A stretch of DNA of 64,000 nt from contig CP070695.1 of assembly GCA_020353515.1 (NCBI GenBank), positions 3,927,140 to 3,991,139 of the forward strand, in the 5' to 3' direction. The notes beneath the pieces are model-generated. The model was not told where the DNA came from, searched no databases, and was given only the letters and a program-made list of their open reading frames with translations. The stretch is from Candidatus Heimdallarchaeota archaeon. GTDB taxonomy: Archaea; Asgardarchaeota; Heimdallarchaeia; Hodarchaeales; Hodarchaeaceae. This document shows, in pieces, positions 10,584 through 21,069 of this stretch (positions are counted from its first letter, which is position 1; every line of letters begins with the position of its first letter). The position numbers and the translations under genes are program-made.

Positions 10584-10994
10584 ATGGAGACATCATACAT
10601 GAATGAATTACTAATATTACTAGGTCTTGTTGCTATTTTAATCTTTCTAATGTTGAGTATATATCAGATGTTGTTAGTTTTGAATGTAGATTTAGGAAAA
10701 CCTATTCCTGCTTATGGTGGAAGGTATGATGAACTTCCTAGAAATGTAAAAATGATGAGTCTTGTAGCAATCGGGATATTCATTATTGCTTCAATATTAA
10801 TACTAGTTCGTACAGGGTTCATTACTAATTTCCCCTTTCCTGATCTCGCTGCTATTGGGATATTGATTTTTGGATTATTCTTAGCTCTAAATACTTTAGG
10901 TAATGTAACATCAAAGAGTCAGAAAGAAAAAATGATTATGACTCCTCTTTCATTGATTGCATGCATCTGTTGCTTACTCGTTGCACTCCTCTAA
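10584..10994 (+). CDS. Hypothetical 4-TM membrane protein
   Basis: Hydrophobic segments with AYGG and NTLGNVTSKS motifs. Confidence 0.7.
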   Translation: METSYMNELLILLGLVAILIFLMLSIYQMLLVLNVDLGKPIPAYGGRYDELPRNVKMMSLVAIGIFIIASILILVRTGFITNFPFPDLAAIGILIFGLFLALNTLGNVTSKSQKEKMIMTPLSLIACICCLLVALL

Positions 10995-11040
10995 TAAGGG
11001 ATTTTAAAAGGTAAGCAAAGTAGAAAGAAAAGACTGGTGA

Positions 11041-11343
11041 GTTCCTAATGACTATGCAATACAAATATCGGGTTTTCTATTTCTCTCTATAATAATTATA
11101 CTTATTATCTGTGATATACTTGGTCATGGGCCAATTAGTGATCTGAAATCAGAAGCTAAACTACAAAGAATTAATGAAAATCCAAAAAAATTCGAAATCA
11201 GCTTCGTACTACTCCTTATAGAGCATGTTGTTATAATGAGTCTTGCTTTAATGTTAACTATTGCATTTAGTTCATTAAACATTATACTTGGAGTAATTTG
11301 GGTTATCTTTCGAATAGGAGAAAGCTCAATCCAACTAAATTAG
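11041..11343 (+). pseudogene. Truncated membrane protein fragment (DUF4386-like N-terminus)
   Basis: Open frame VPNDYAIQISGFLFLSIIIILI...LQRINENPKKF...FRIGE with no standard start at its 5' end and an early TAG. Confidence 0.4.
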
Positions 11344-11642
11344 TGAAATCTGACTTTGAAGTCCTAGGGAACAAAAAAGAGGGAAAAATTAGCAAAATTC
11401 TTTATCAAAAAATTGATAAATTTCGATATGTAAGGAATGCGGTTATTCATCCTAGAGACCCTTCGTTCCTTAATCTAGGTTTTAAATATACGAGTTACAC
11501 AGGAGAAGGAATTTCATCAAGAGGGGGCGGATTTGTAAGCCCTAATAGCAAACCAATGACGCCATTATCTCTAAAAGAAGGAGCAGAATTAGGTTTTCGT
11601 ATTTATTTTCATTTACGAGATGAATTAAAGATTGTTGAATAA
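11298..11642 (+). CDS. Hypothetical protein or fragment with a possible HEPN-like RNxxxH motif
   Basis: Contains VRNAVIHP; the start is uncertain. Confidence 0.35.
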   Translation: MGYLSNRRKLNPTKLVKSDFEVLGNKKEGKISKILYQKIDKFRYVRNAVIHPRDPSFLNLGFKYTSYTGEGISSRGGGFVSPNSKPMTPLSLKEGAELGFRIYFHLRDELKIVE

Positions 11643-11871
11643 ACCCCTTACAGAAGATTGAGGAAACATCAGAGTTCATCCCTTGCTTCTACTGTTAATT
11701 CTAATATTTTTGAATTAGTTATTATCTTGTCTATATTTTTCCTTGAAATGTACTTGCATTTTATTGTAAATATTTCCCTAAAATCAATCATATAGGAAAC
11801 AATCAGATTTGTTCTTGTTTAACAAAATTTATTAGGAGTAGCAAATCACATTGTTGTCAAGGTAATGAGAA

Positions 11872-13905
11872 GTGTTTTTGGGATGGAATAATCTTTCACA
11901 GATAGTAAGATGGTTGATTATCTCTCTCTTGGTCTTTAGTTACTTTCCTAGAGAATCTATGATGAAATTGAGCAAAATATCCCTAGACGATGATACTGTT
12001 TTAACCTCATTTGAGACTCCGAAGGCAACTAAATGGTCTTCTAGCTTTCGTCCTCACGGAGCATATGTTGATGAATTAAGATTCGTGATTTATAATTCTA
12101 CAGAAATTCCTCAAGCGATGTCAGCACTGCGGAATGGTGAACTCGACGCATACGATGAAAATGTTCAAATTGATTATTTAAGCACTCTTGTTAGGGATGA
12201 GAATATTGATGTGACATTTACAGATAGTATGAGATACCAAGCACTCATCCTGAATTGTGGGCGATTCCCTACGAATATTACCGCATTTCGTCGTGCCTTG
12301 GCTTTCGGTTTTAGTAAGTACATGGGTAGAGGATACATACCTGAATTCCCCCCTCCACTCCTGGATAGCTATATTCCGTGGGTGGCTACAGAATGGCAAG
12401 TCGAGAGTGAGAAAAACGACTACTTCTTTGAGACAGATTATGTCTCTGGCAACAGATCAATGGAAAATGCTGGTTTTATCGATTTAGACGGTGATGGTTG
12501 GCGGGAATACGATACAAACGACAATGGGGTTTGGGATCCAGGCGTTGACATTGATGATGATGACCCCAATTTCGTAGTGGATATTTATGCTATAGAGGGG
12601 TATTTCCCTGCTACGCGTGCGTGTCAAGAAATGCAGAGTAGCCTTACAAATATGGGTATTCACTCTAATGTCGTTGAAATGAACTTTCGAGCTATCATTG
12701 ACAAAATGAAAACAAATGATTATTGGATTACACATTGGATTGAAAATATTAGTGTTATCGAACCAGCAAAATCACTTTATGATAGGTTCAGAACCGGTGC
12801 TTCAAAGAATCAACTCTATTACCACTTTTGTAATGCTACAATTGATGCAATCCTTGACAATATGACTTCAGCTACTTCACTTGAAGATGTAAAGACATAT
12901 GCCCATCAGGCTGGTTTACTGTTGGTATTTGAACAGCCCCAACTTGCCATCGAAATTGTTAGGATTATCAATGCATATCGCTCTGATAAGTTTGAAGGTT
13001 TTTTCACAGCTAATAGTTTGGGTTCCACGTGTGGTGATAATTGGGCTGCAGCAACGAAAGTGCACTTAAAAGACTCTTTGGGAGGTCCTTTAGGTGGGAT
13101 GTTCAATTATTGCTTGTCAAGTAATATGGAAACTTGGAATCCCTATGTGCAAAATACAGTTTACGAAAATACTATCTTCCAATACATCTATGAACCATTG
13201 TGGAATTTCGACCCTAATACATGGGATCCAATTCCAGGACTCGCTTATGACTGGGATATCGAGCAGACAACCGCAAATGGAGACATCCTTGATGGTCAAA
13301 AGTTTACATTCCATCTATACGAGAATGAAACCTGGCATGATGGAGAACCTTTCACCGCAGCCGACGTCAACCACTCCATGCACATGTGGAGAGACAGCTC
13401 GAACCACGGTCCAAAAATGTGGGATATCTACAAAGTTGAGATCCCTGATGACTATACTATTGAATTTTATGTCAACAAGACAGGTTATTTCGAGTGGGCT
13501 GACACCACATCATTCTACATTACCCCCGAACATATCTGGAGAGATATAGAAAACGTCACAGCTTATTCTCCAACAATAACTGAAGTGATTGGTACTGGTC
13601 CCTACAAGCTGGATACTTGGGTGCCTGACGATTATATCAGCTTACTTCGACATGAAGACTGGCGTTGGGATATACGTGAAGTACTTAATTTTTCTCCTTC
13701 CACAGCTTATATTGATACAATAACCACTTCTCCAACTTATTCTGATTCAACTCCTACTACCAGTCTTACTCACTCTTCCATCTCCTCTGCTCACTCCGAT
13801 GTCCCTCTTGACATTCTACCTATCCTCCAGTTTTTTGAGCTAGGCACTATCTTGTTCTTCGTGGTTACCCTAGTGATCATTGTCCGAAGGCAACGAATGG
13901 GTTGA
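11872..13905 (+). CDS. ABC peptide/nickel solute-binding protein (family 5), circularly permuted, with C-terminal TM anchor
   Basis: FRRALAFG; YEPL...PGLAYDW...WHDGEPFTAADV; IGTGPYKL; Ser/Thr linker, TM and RRQR. Confidence 0.85.
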   Translation: MFLGWNNLSQIVRWLIISLLVFSYFPRESMMKLSKISLDDDTVLTSFETPKATKWSSSFRPHGAYVDELRFVIYNSTEIPQAMSALRNGELDAYDENVQIDYLSTLVRDENIDVTFTDSMRYQALILNCGRFPTNITAFRRALAFGFSKYMGRGYIPEFPPPLLDSYIPWVATEWQVESEKNDYFFETDYVSGNRSMENAGFIDLDGDGWREYDTNDNGVWDPGVDIDDDDPNFVVDIYAIEGYFPATRACQEMQSSLTNMGIHSNVVEMNFRAIIDKMKTNDYWITHWIENISVIEPAKSLYDRFRTGASKNQLYYHFCNATIDAILDNMTSATSLEDVKTYAHQAGLLLVFEQPQLAIEIVRIINAYRSDKFEGFFTANSLGSTCGDNWAAATKVHLKDSLGGPLGGMFNYCLSSNMETWNPYVQNTVYENTIFQYIYEPLWNFDPNTWDPIPGLAYDWDIEQTTANGDILDGQKFTFHLYENETWHDGEPFTAADVNHSMHMWRDSSNHGPKMWDIYKVEIPDDYTIEFYVNKTGYFEWADTTSFYITPEHIWRDIENVTAYSPTITEVIGTGPYKLDTWVPDDYISLLRHEDWRWDIREVLNFSPSTAYIDTITTSPTYSDSTPTTSLTHSSISSAHSDVPLDILPILQFFELGTILFFVVTLVIIVRRQRMG

Positions 13906-14099
13906 ATTCACTTTTGGGGAAAGACCTCCAATGAGTTTCTAGCGAAAAAATAAGTTTTTAGAAATCGGACTGTTTTCGCCTGTCCTCTTTGCTATATTAA
14001 CAAATTACCAAACAAATCTACCTTAGCCATGATTGATGGCCAAAAGAATCACTGGATATAGTTTTGATAAAACCAAGTTGGTATGAAAAAAGCTAAGAA

Positions 14100-14164
14100 G
14101 TACGGGGCAAATCCCCATTTGGGGATTAAGGGTATTTACATAAAAAACTAGTCTTAACCAACGT
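14100..14164. repeat. Dispersed ~65-bp intergenic repeat, copy B
   Basis: Near-identical to 815-878, same orientation. Confidence 0.8.
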
Positions 14165-14403
14165 ATCTTCAGAACTGTTCTTTAACTTTGATTTAACGAC
14201 AACATTTATGGCAACATATATAGCTTCATTCACATATCCAACGTTATACACAAAAATGACTTCAAAAATGAAGTTAAAGAAAGTTAATTGGCATAATTTG
14301 TTTGATGCTTTTGAAATCTACAAAAAATCATTGAAGACTTTTTAAGAGATCAATGTAAGTAACTCTTATTCCAAGAAATAGCGTCTATTGATGTGTATTA
14401 TGG

Positions 14404-15150
14404 ATGGATGACTATCTAAATATTTATTCTGAGCTTACTAATCCTACTCGAATCCAAATTCTAATGTGGATTGGTGAAGAACCTCAAGCTTTATCTGATA
14501 TTGCCACCCATTTTTCTATTTCTAAACCAGAAATATCTCGTCACCTTTCTAGAATGAAGAATGTTGGACTTGTCATGCAAGAAGCTTCAACCCGAAAATA
14601 TCACCCATCCGCGTTGGGAATAACCTACCTTCAACTTTTTTCTCCAATTGAATTTGTGCTGAAGCATTCCTTTTATTTCACAAACCATTACTTGGATCTT
14701 CCTCCACATCTTTTACGTAATATTGATGCTTTGATCAATGCTGAACTTATAGAGGACCTTGGAAATGTCTTAGCTAAAATTCAAGAGTTATTGGATGAAA
14801 CAAGAGATGAGGTTCAATTAATGCTGGATCAAAGGTTACCTGTGGTAGGTCTTAAAGATAAAGTCAGATACGGTAGTTATATCTTTCCTAGTACAATGTC
14901 TGAGGCTCAAGTTGAATCAGGTAAACAATACTTGAAAAGTATGTATGAAGATGTTGAAGTTCGCCAAGTAGCCTCTGTAACTCACATTCTTATGATAACT
15001 GATAAAAAAAAAGGATTCATATCGTTTCCGACTCTCGAAAATAAAGCTGATTGGGCTTCAATCTGGGTTGTAACTGATAAACAAGGATTGGAGTATTTAC
15101 AGGACATTTGGGACTATTTCATAAGTTTAGGGAAATTATATGAAATTTAG
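14404..15150 (+). CDS. ArsR-type winged-HTH transcriptional regulator
   Basis: LTNPTRIQIL...LSDIATHFSISKPEISRHLSRM. Confidence 0.85.
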   Translation: MDDYLNIYSELTNPTRIQILMWIGEEPQALSDIATHFSISKPEISRHLSRMKNVGLVMQEASTRKYHPSALGITYLQLFSPIEFVLKHSFYFTNHYLDLPPHLLRNIDALINAELIEDLGNVLAKIQELLDETRDEVQLMLDQRLPVVGLKDKVRYGSYIFPSTMSEAQVESGKQYLKSMYEDVEVRQVASVTHILMITDKKKGFISFPTLENKADWASIWVVTDKQGLEYLQDIWDYFISLGKLYEI

Positions 15151-15277
15151 TATACTCAATTCAGAATTTTTATGATCAGACTGAATTGTTTCTGTTCTGG
15201 CTAGAAGTTAATTCAGGTCTTAAAAATCAAGGATTTCAGTCAAAAAAGGTTTTTTAATAATTGTTTGTTATGTTCTC

Positions 15278-15526
15278 TTGATTCTTATGTCTGATGAACG
15301 ATATATGTTAATCAATCTTAATGGATCTAGTGAAGTCCAGGATCTTCAATTAGTTATTAACAACACAAACCAACAACTTCCAATCGAACTTAGTCTGAAA
15401 GTACTTCTTGGATCAACAGTTGAAATATCATTAATTGATGATTCCCTTCTTCTTATTAAAGGAGAAAATTGTGAGATTCGCATGGATATCACAAAAGCTG
15501 AACTATTGAGATTAAGATCAGAATGA
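15278..15526 (+). CDS. Small hypothetical protein
   Basis: 82-aa ORF with beta-rich composition, directly upstream of the next gene. Confidence 0.55.
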   Translation: MILMSDERYMLINLNGSSEVQDLQLVINNTNQQLPIELSLKVLLGSTVEISLIDDSLLLIKGENCEIRMDITKAELLRLRSE

Positions 15527-15549
15527 TGAATTTTGAATGAGGATTTACC

Positions 15550-16425
15550 ATGTTTGAAAATGAAACAAAACACGAGATATTTGAAAGATATGTAATTGGT
15601 TTAACTGCAATTGTGGTAGGTATTACGATTGCTATTATCTCTATTTTTGGCCCCCTTTTTCTCGACATTATTCAATATGCGAGCTCAGAATCCGCGATCA
15701 CTCAGGGAATGGGTCAAGATTTAGTCAATTTAGCTCTTATAACTCCAATATGCTTAATTGGTGGGGTTCTTTACCTTTTAAAACGAGACAGTGCGAAATA
15801 TTTCTTAATTCTCGTTCCCCTCTATTCCCTTTTTTATACAGGTCTTGCGTATGGTCTTTTTCCTGAATGGAGTCATCCCATCTATACAGGGAATAGTGAA
15901 CAATACTCAATATTATTTTACATTGTGATTATCGGAAGTTTGATACTTTTACTCTCTACATTATCGATGTTTTCTCCTGAAGATGCTCCAGAATTTAATA
16001 GAAGGAATCTAACCATTTATATTATGCTGATGACAATTTTCCTAATTCTCTTTGCCTTTATGTGGATTGGAGAATATTTAGAAGTGCTATCTACCGGGGA
16101 TACCTCTACTGGATCCTACTCGGAAGCACCAACTATTTTCTGGGTTATCAGGTATTTTGATCTTGGTATCACCGTTCCATTAGGATTTATTGGATTATAT
16201 CTTCTATATACTAGAACCACACAAGCTTATCCAATCATGTTACTATTCTTTGGTTTCTTTGTTACAATAAGCACCGCTGTTGTGGGAATGGCAATTGTAA
16301 TGCTCTTAAAAAGTAATCCTAATCTCCAACCTGGCGGATTAATTCTTTTCCCAATCTTATCCTTACTCGCCTGGGCTGGACTGTTCTATTTAATCAAAGA
16401 GAAGTTACCTTGGTTTACGAAATAA
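15550..16425 (+). CDS. Multi-pass membrane protein
   Basis: About 8 TM segments; GQDLVNL motif. Confidence 0.8.
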   Translation: MFENETKHEIFERYVIGLTAIVVGITIAIISIFGPLFLDIIQYASSESAITQGMGQDLVNLALITPICLIGGVLYLLKRDSAKYFLILVPLYSLFYTGLAYGLFPEWSHPIYTGNSEQYSILFYIVIIGSLILLLSTLSMFSPEDAPEFNRRNLTIYIMLMTIFLILFAFMWIGEYLEVLSTGDTSTGSYSEAPTIFWVIRYFDLGITVPLGFIGLYLLYTRTTQAYPIMLLFFGFFVTISTAVVGMAIVMLLKSNPNLQPGGLILFPILSLLAWAGLFYLIKEKLPWFTK

Positions 16426-16504
16426 TAACTTTCCTCTTTTTTTTTCCAAAAAATACAGGTGTGGTAAAAATAATGCAAAAAGAAGAATTAAAGAAGGGTA
16501 TGCT

Positions 16505-16765
16505 TTGGCTGGACGTATTATGTATGGAGGGATCGGGGAGTTCGGGGAGTCTGATATATTGTTTCTGAAAACAAACTCTACTGGACAACAAGAGTGGAAT
16601 GTTACACTTGGAGGGCACAATTCTGATGTTTGTAATTCAATAATTCAGACTGAAGACAATGGTTATGTGCTAGCAGAGAGTACTGATTCTTATGGCGCTG
16701 GTGGTTCCGATATGTGGTTAGTTAAGATTGACAAAAATGGGGATCCAGAGTGGACTCTTATATGA
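16505..16765 (+). pseudogene. Fragment of a beta-propeller repeat surface protein
   Basis: Two repeats of the type D(I/M)xxxKxxxxGxxEW and IIQTEDNGYVLA..TDSYGAGGSD, with no proper N- or C-terminus. Confidence 0.6.
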
Positions 16766-16951
16766 ATCTGACTCTGGAACAGCTTTATGTAACAGAGGTA
16801 TATTCCCTGTATCATTTTTTACTCATACATGTTGTTTACCATGTAAATCGAATTTATTATGTTGTAAACCTTTTTGGAACCATCAAGTCATTATCTCTGT
16901 ATCCTGTTTCTTCCGCTATACAGAAGTCTATAAAGCATTTTCAGGTCTGAC

Positions 16952-17965
16952 TTGATTGTGTCACGTCTCAAGTCATTATTTCGTAGGTTAAGAAAATCTG
17001 AACCATCACATTTGGAAGCCGAAGAGGACACACAAACAGCTCAAAAAGACGATGATCGTGTAACGAAGCCTATAAAATCTACTAGAGGGTGGAGACGAGG
17101 AATAGCGTTTTTCAAACTCTATTTTCCCCTTGGTATGTATCAACGCGGGTTAGAATGGAGCTTAGAGGCTTCTTCCTCTTCTGTATCTGATGAAAATAAG
17201 CCAAATAACAGTGATCTGAAGAATAAAGTGATTCAAATAAGAGAGAAATCCTTTCGTACTCGATTTGGATACTTTTGTTCTCGTACAATCCTTCAAAGTT
17301 TTGGATTAGCGATTGTTTTTACTGCTCCTATCTCTCTTCCGTGGATTTTCAACGTAGTCATTCCATTTTCGATTGATTTACTCCCATTCGGGTTATCTGA
17401 GATTATTCGTGAAATAATTCATAGAATTTTAGTATTATTGTCACCACTTGGAGTAATTGCCGATATCATCATGATTGCTTCCAATTTTTTTGCTACGTAC
17501 AATCCTATCCTTTTCTATGGGACAACACTCTGGATATTAAGCGAATTAGGATTTACTGACATCGAAGTCTTTGATGTACTCGAAAATTCGGAGAATATAG
17601 AAACAACTTCCATGATGGAGCTCTTAGGTCATCACTATCAATCCAAATTTGGCTTGATTCAAAGCGTTCTTGCACCCCTTCTGATCATAATAGCAGCATC
17701 TATATCCTTTTTTCTAGTCATTCGTTCAGCACGCAAGATTATTTTTGAAATTCAAACAGAAAAAGAACAAACGAAAAATATTGAAAAAACTAAGCGGACT
17801 CTAATTGGTTATTATCTTGATAAAGGATACTCTCAAACAATATATACAGAGAATCGTGTTTCCTCATCATCAAAGATGATTTGGTTAGCCCGAATCACGA
17901 AATATGGCCCGATAATTTCTGTTGTATTGCCTATTGCTCTCGCAATTGGATTTGTTCTAATATGA
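16952..17965 (+). CDS. Hypothetical membrane protein
   Basis: 337-aa ORF with several TM segments. Confidence 0.7.
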   Translation: MIVSRLKSLFRRLRKSEPSHLEAEEDTQTAQKDDDRVTKPIKSTRGWRRGIAFFKLYFPLGMYQRGLEWSLEASSSSVSDENKPNNSDLKNKVIQIREKSFRTRFGYFCSRTILQSFGLAIVFTAPISLPWIFNVVIPFSIDLLPFGLSEIIREIIHRILVLLSPLGVIADIIMIASNFFATYNPILFYGTTLWILSELGFTDIEVFDVLENSENIETTSMMELLGHHYQSKFGLIQSVLAPLLIIIAASISFFLVIRSARKIIFEIQTEKEQTKNIEKTKRTLIGYYLDKGYSQTIYTENRVSSSSKMIWLARITKYGPIISVVLPIALAIGFVLI

Positions 17966-18056
17966 CCATCATCGTCTATCGAAGAAGAAGAAAATAGCTT
18001 TCTGTGAATAGGTCTCTCCTTTTATTGACCAAAATAAAGAAAGAAAAGGAAGCAGG

Positions 18057-18161
18057 CTATTTATCTCGTCTTTTTCTTACTACTATTGATATACCCAGAA
18101 TCCAAACCAAGAAAAAAATGGTCATTTCTGGTGTTGTCTCAGATGAAGTAGTAGTTGTTTC
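18057..18161 (-). pseudogene. Orphan copy of a C-terminal sorting anchor (TTTSSETTPEMTIFFLVWILGISIVVRKRRDK)
   Basis: Nucleotide and protein similarity to the 3' end of the 1864-4419 gene; no intact upstream frame. Confidence 0.7.
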
Positions 18162-18485
18162 CCAGACTTGTCTAGTATAGATATAACAATATTATCAACA
18201 GAGATAAACGCAAAAACCATGATAAGTGACAAGAAAAACAGTAAAAAATACCCACAGCAACGTTTCCCCTAATAGTAGGAGCTTTTTGGGCTATATTTTC
18301 TGACAATTTATCCATCAGGTTTCTTAACAAACCCATTGCTTAAAACCTTTTATCAGAAGTCATATTCCATTGTTAGAGCATTTTACTCTCAGGGATAGTT
18401 CTATTGGTAATCCCTTTACTCCTTTTGGGTTGACTCTCAGAAAAATCAGTATATCATCCACCGACTGAATGATGAGGGATCCAAA

Positions 18486-19130
18486 TTAATGATAGCATTC
18501 TAGAATTTTATTATTCCATATTTCTTCCAGAATAAGAGCTAGCCAGCCTACTCTATTAATGAGGCTATTGATATCTTTCCATTCTACTTCCACTAGTAGT
18601 TCTAGCAGTTGATCTCCAGTTGTTTTTACCAGTTCTTCTATTAAGGAAATTCGTCTGTTCTCGATTTCTTCAATAAGTTTAAAGATCGAATCTTCTGAAG
18701 CTTTTTTGTTCTTAATCATTTGTTCTAGGACAAGTCCTGTTGCTCTTACAATCAAATCAGCTTTATCATGTTTCTCAAGATTGGGAAAATCGCCTTTGAA
18801 AAATAGTTTCGCTGTTCTCACATAGAGAGTTTGACTTTTTAATTGCCCTTTTTCATCCATTGAAACTCTTTTTCCACCAGGAACTACTAATTTCAATTTT
18901 TCTAGCGTATTTAAGTATCTGTAAAGTGTAATATCCGATTTCTGTTCTCCTTTTATTCTGTATGCAGCACTTATTTCATTTAATGTCATTGGTCCTTGTT
19001 GAAGAATTTTTATGACCTGAACTAGCTTTTCGTTAGTCCATACTTCTGTTTCTTTCCCACGGAGTACTTTAACAAATTGTTGTTTAACTGAAATTGCGTC
19101 TTGTGTTGTATCTGACATGATTAATACCAA
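18486..19130 (-). CDS. Winged-HTH transcriptional regulator
   Basis: GPMTLNEI...SDITLYRYLNTLEKLKLV...LYVRTAK. Confidence 0.8.
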   Translation of the reverse strand: MVLIMSDTTQDAISVKQQFVKVLRGKETEVWTNEKLVQVIKILQQGPMTLNEISAAYRIKGEQKSDITLYRYLNTLEKLKLVVPGGKRVSMDEKGQLKSQTLYVRTAKLFFKGDFPNLEKHDKADLIVRATGLVLEQMIKNKKASEDSIFKLIEEIENRRISLIEELVKTTGDQLLELLVEVEWKDINSLINRVGWLALILEEIWNNKILECYH

Positions 19131-19242
19131 TTTTCAATACTTTGGTAAATTTATTTTATTGGTCATTTCAAATTGTTGGTGAGTTTTTTTTCATTCTGAT
19201 GAAAAATAAATGTTATTACACCGATAATAAATACTTAGCACT

Positions 19243-19446
19243 TCAAAATGTAAATCTTCTTATCCTTCCTCTCTGACCCTCTAATTTCTTGTCAATTTTT
19301 CTCCTTATTTGTTTATGTAATTTATCTCTTGTTAAGGAAGCAATTTGTATATAACCAGCCAGGAGCGAAGAATGTAATTCTCGATCGAATCTGAACTTTT
19401 TACCAAGATTATAGCAATTGTAAGTTTTAACTTTCGTTTTGGTCAC
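19243..19446 (-). CDS. Small basic hypothetical protein
   Basis: 67-aa ORF in the intergenic gap. Confidence 0.35.
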   Translation of the reverse strand: MTKTKVKTYNCYNLGKKFRFDRELHSSLLAGYIQIASLTRDKLHKQIRRKIDKKLEGQRGRIRRFTF

Positions 19447-19569
19447 TTTATTTTTGAAAAATAGTGTTTATGAGAATTCCTAGTTCATAAATACAGCAAT
19501 TCATTGATAATCTTTTTTCATTGCCGTAACAATAGGCTATTAATAAAATGAAATTATAGTTTCACTTAT

Positions 19570-20949
19570 TTGAAAAGGGGGTTTTTCATGGAATTATTTC
19601 AACCAAAAGCCGATAGTCCTCAAAGAGTTAGATCTAAATTAGTATCTTCTTCGTTTATGCGCTTTTTAGGTGTTAATGAGCTTCCATGGCGTTCTCAGTG
19701 GTTAATTCAGAAATTTCTTCTTATTGCCAATTTACAGACGTCTTTATTTATTGTTTCTAGTACTTTCTATGTCTTGTTTGTCATTGATCGAATTGGGTTC
19801 AGTACTTTGGGCATGCTTCTTGCGATTAGTTTTATTACACAAGCGATTCTAGACTATCCAACTGGTGTTATTGGGGATTGGATTGGCCAACGTTGGAGTC
19901 TAGCTATTGCTTTTTGTGGCTATGGACTTTCTTATTCAGTTATTATCCATGCTACATCTGTTCCAGATTTTTTGTTGGTGTATCTCCTAAATGCTTTTGC
20001 TAGTTCTCAGCAATCTGGTGCTTTAGGGTCTTGGTTTGATAACAATTACAAGGTATCAGTGGGGAAAACAGATAGTGATCGAAAAACTTATCGAGAGCTG
20101 CTTGGGAAGCAAGCAATTGTTTCGAGGTTTGTCATAGCGGCCATGATAATTTTGGGTGGAGTCGTAGCAACAGCATTTTTTCGGGAGTTAGTATTTATTG
20201 TACAAGCATTTGGTATGTTTGGATTAGCTGTTTTATGTTTGATTCTTGTAAAAGATTATCCTGAGATTTCTAAGCCCGAATTATCTTTTAGAAAGTATTT
20301 CAATCTTTTGGGAGAAGGATTACGATTCAGTTTTGGTTCTAAACACATGTTTTTTTTTATTACTGGTGTAAGCATTGCTAGTCCTACTTTTTTAATTTGG
20401 GGTAATATGATTCTTTTTCCTATGTATTTTGGATATACTGGATCTGATGGGGGAGCTGCATTTGTTCGCTTTAGTTTTTATGTTCTAACTGCTTTCACTA
20501 TGCCAAGAGCTGGAAACTGGAGTAAAAATCTTCATACTCGTAAATGGCTCCCCCGTTTACGACTGATTCATACAGTTGTTTTTTATGTCAGTTTTATATT
20601 GATTTTTACCATTTTTCCCTTTGCAAATTCTTTGAACTTATTAGCAATTGTATTAGTAGGATTTATTTTCCTTCTTACCGAATGGTTATTAGCTTCTGAA
20701 CTTTTTCTAAGACAACGATTACTTGTTGACGTGGTTCCTGATACTAACCGAAATTCTGTCTATAGTTTACTCCCAACGTTGAATCTTTTAGTTTCAGCTC
20801 CATTTATATTCATATCTGGTACTATTATTGAATTAATAGGTGTCCCATTAACTTTAATTGGTTGTATGTTATTGGGTGTTATCTCTTCTGGCTTCCTCTT
20901 TCTTTCTCTTCGCTCTTTACCCACAGGTGTTTTAAAAGAAGAAGACTAA
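19570..20949 (+). CDS. MFS transporter
   Basis: About 12 TM segments; DYPTGVIGDWIGQR motif A. Confidence 0.9.
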   Translation: MKRGFFMELFQPKADSPQRVRSKLVSSSFMRFLGVNELPWRSQWLIQKFLLIANLQTSLFIVSSTFYVLFVIDRIGFSTLGMLLAISFITQAILDYPTGVIGDWIGQRWSLAIAFCGYGLSYSVIIHATSVPDFLLVYLLNAFASSQQSGALGSWFDNNYKVSVGKTDSDRKTYRELLGKQAIVSRFVIAAMIILGGVVATAFFRELVFIVQAFGMFGLAVLCLILVKDYPEISKPELSFRKYFNLLGEGLRFSFGSKHMFFFITGVSIASPTFLIWGNMILFPMYFGYTGSDGGAAFVRFSFYVLTAFTMPRAGNWSKNLHTRKWLPRLRLIHTVVFYVSFILIFTIFPFANSLNLLAIVLVGFIFLLTEWLLASELFLRQRLLVDVVPDTNRNSVYSLLPTLNLLVSAPFIFISGTIIELIGVPLTLIGCMLLGVISSGFLFLSLRSLPTGVLKEED

Positions 20950-21069
20950 GGCGCCTAACCATTCACAGTAGCCAACCCCGTTTTTTTCTGATCAATTGGT
21001 AGTAGTATGAACCTTTCTTATCTTCGACCGAATTGAATTCTAAATTGGTTAATGGAAAATGTTTTTCTC

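Noticed and set aside
12178-13549. Several short ORFs overlapping the solute-binding protein gene, and similar nested ORFs in vps4, rps2, metG and the PAS gene
   Set aside because: They are alternative-frame or antisense ORFs inside well-supported genes and have no recognisable motifs.
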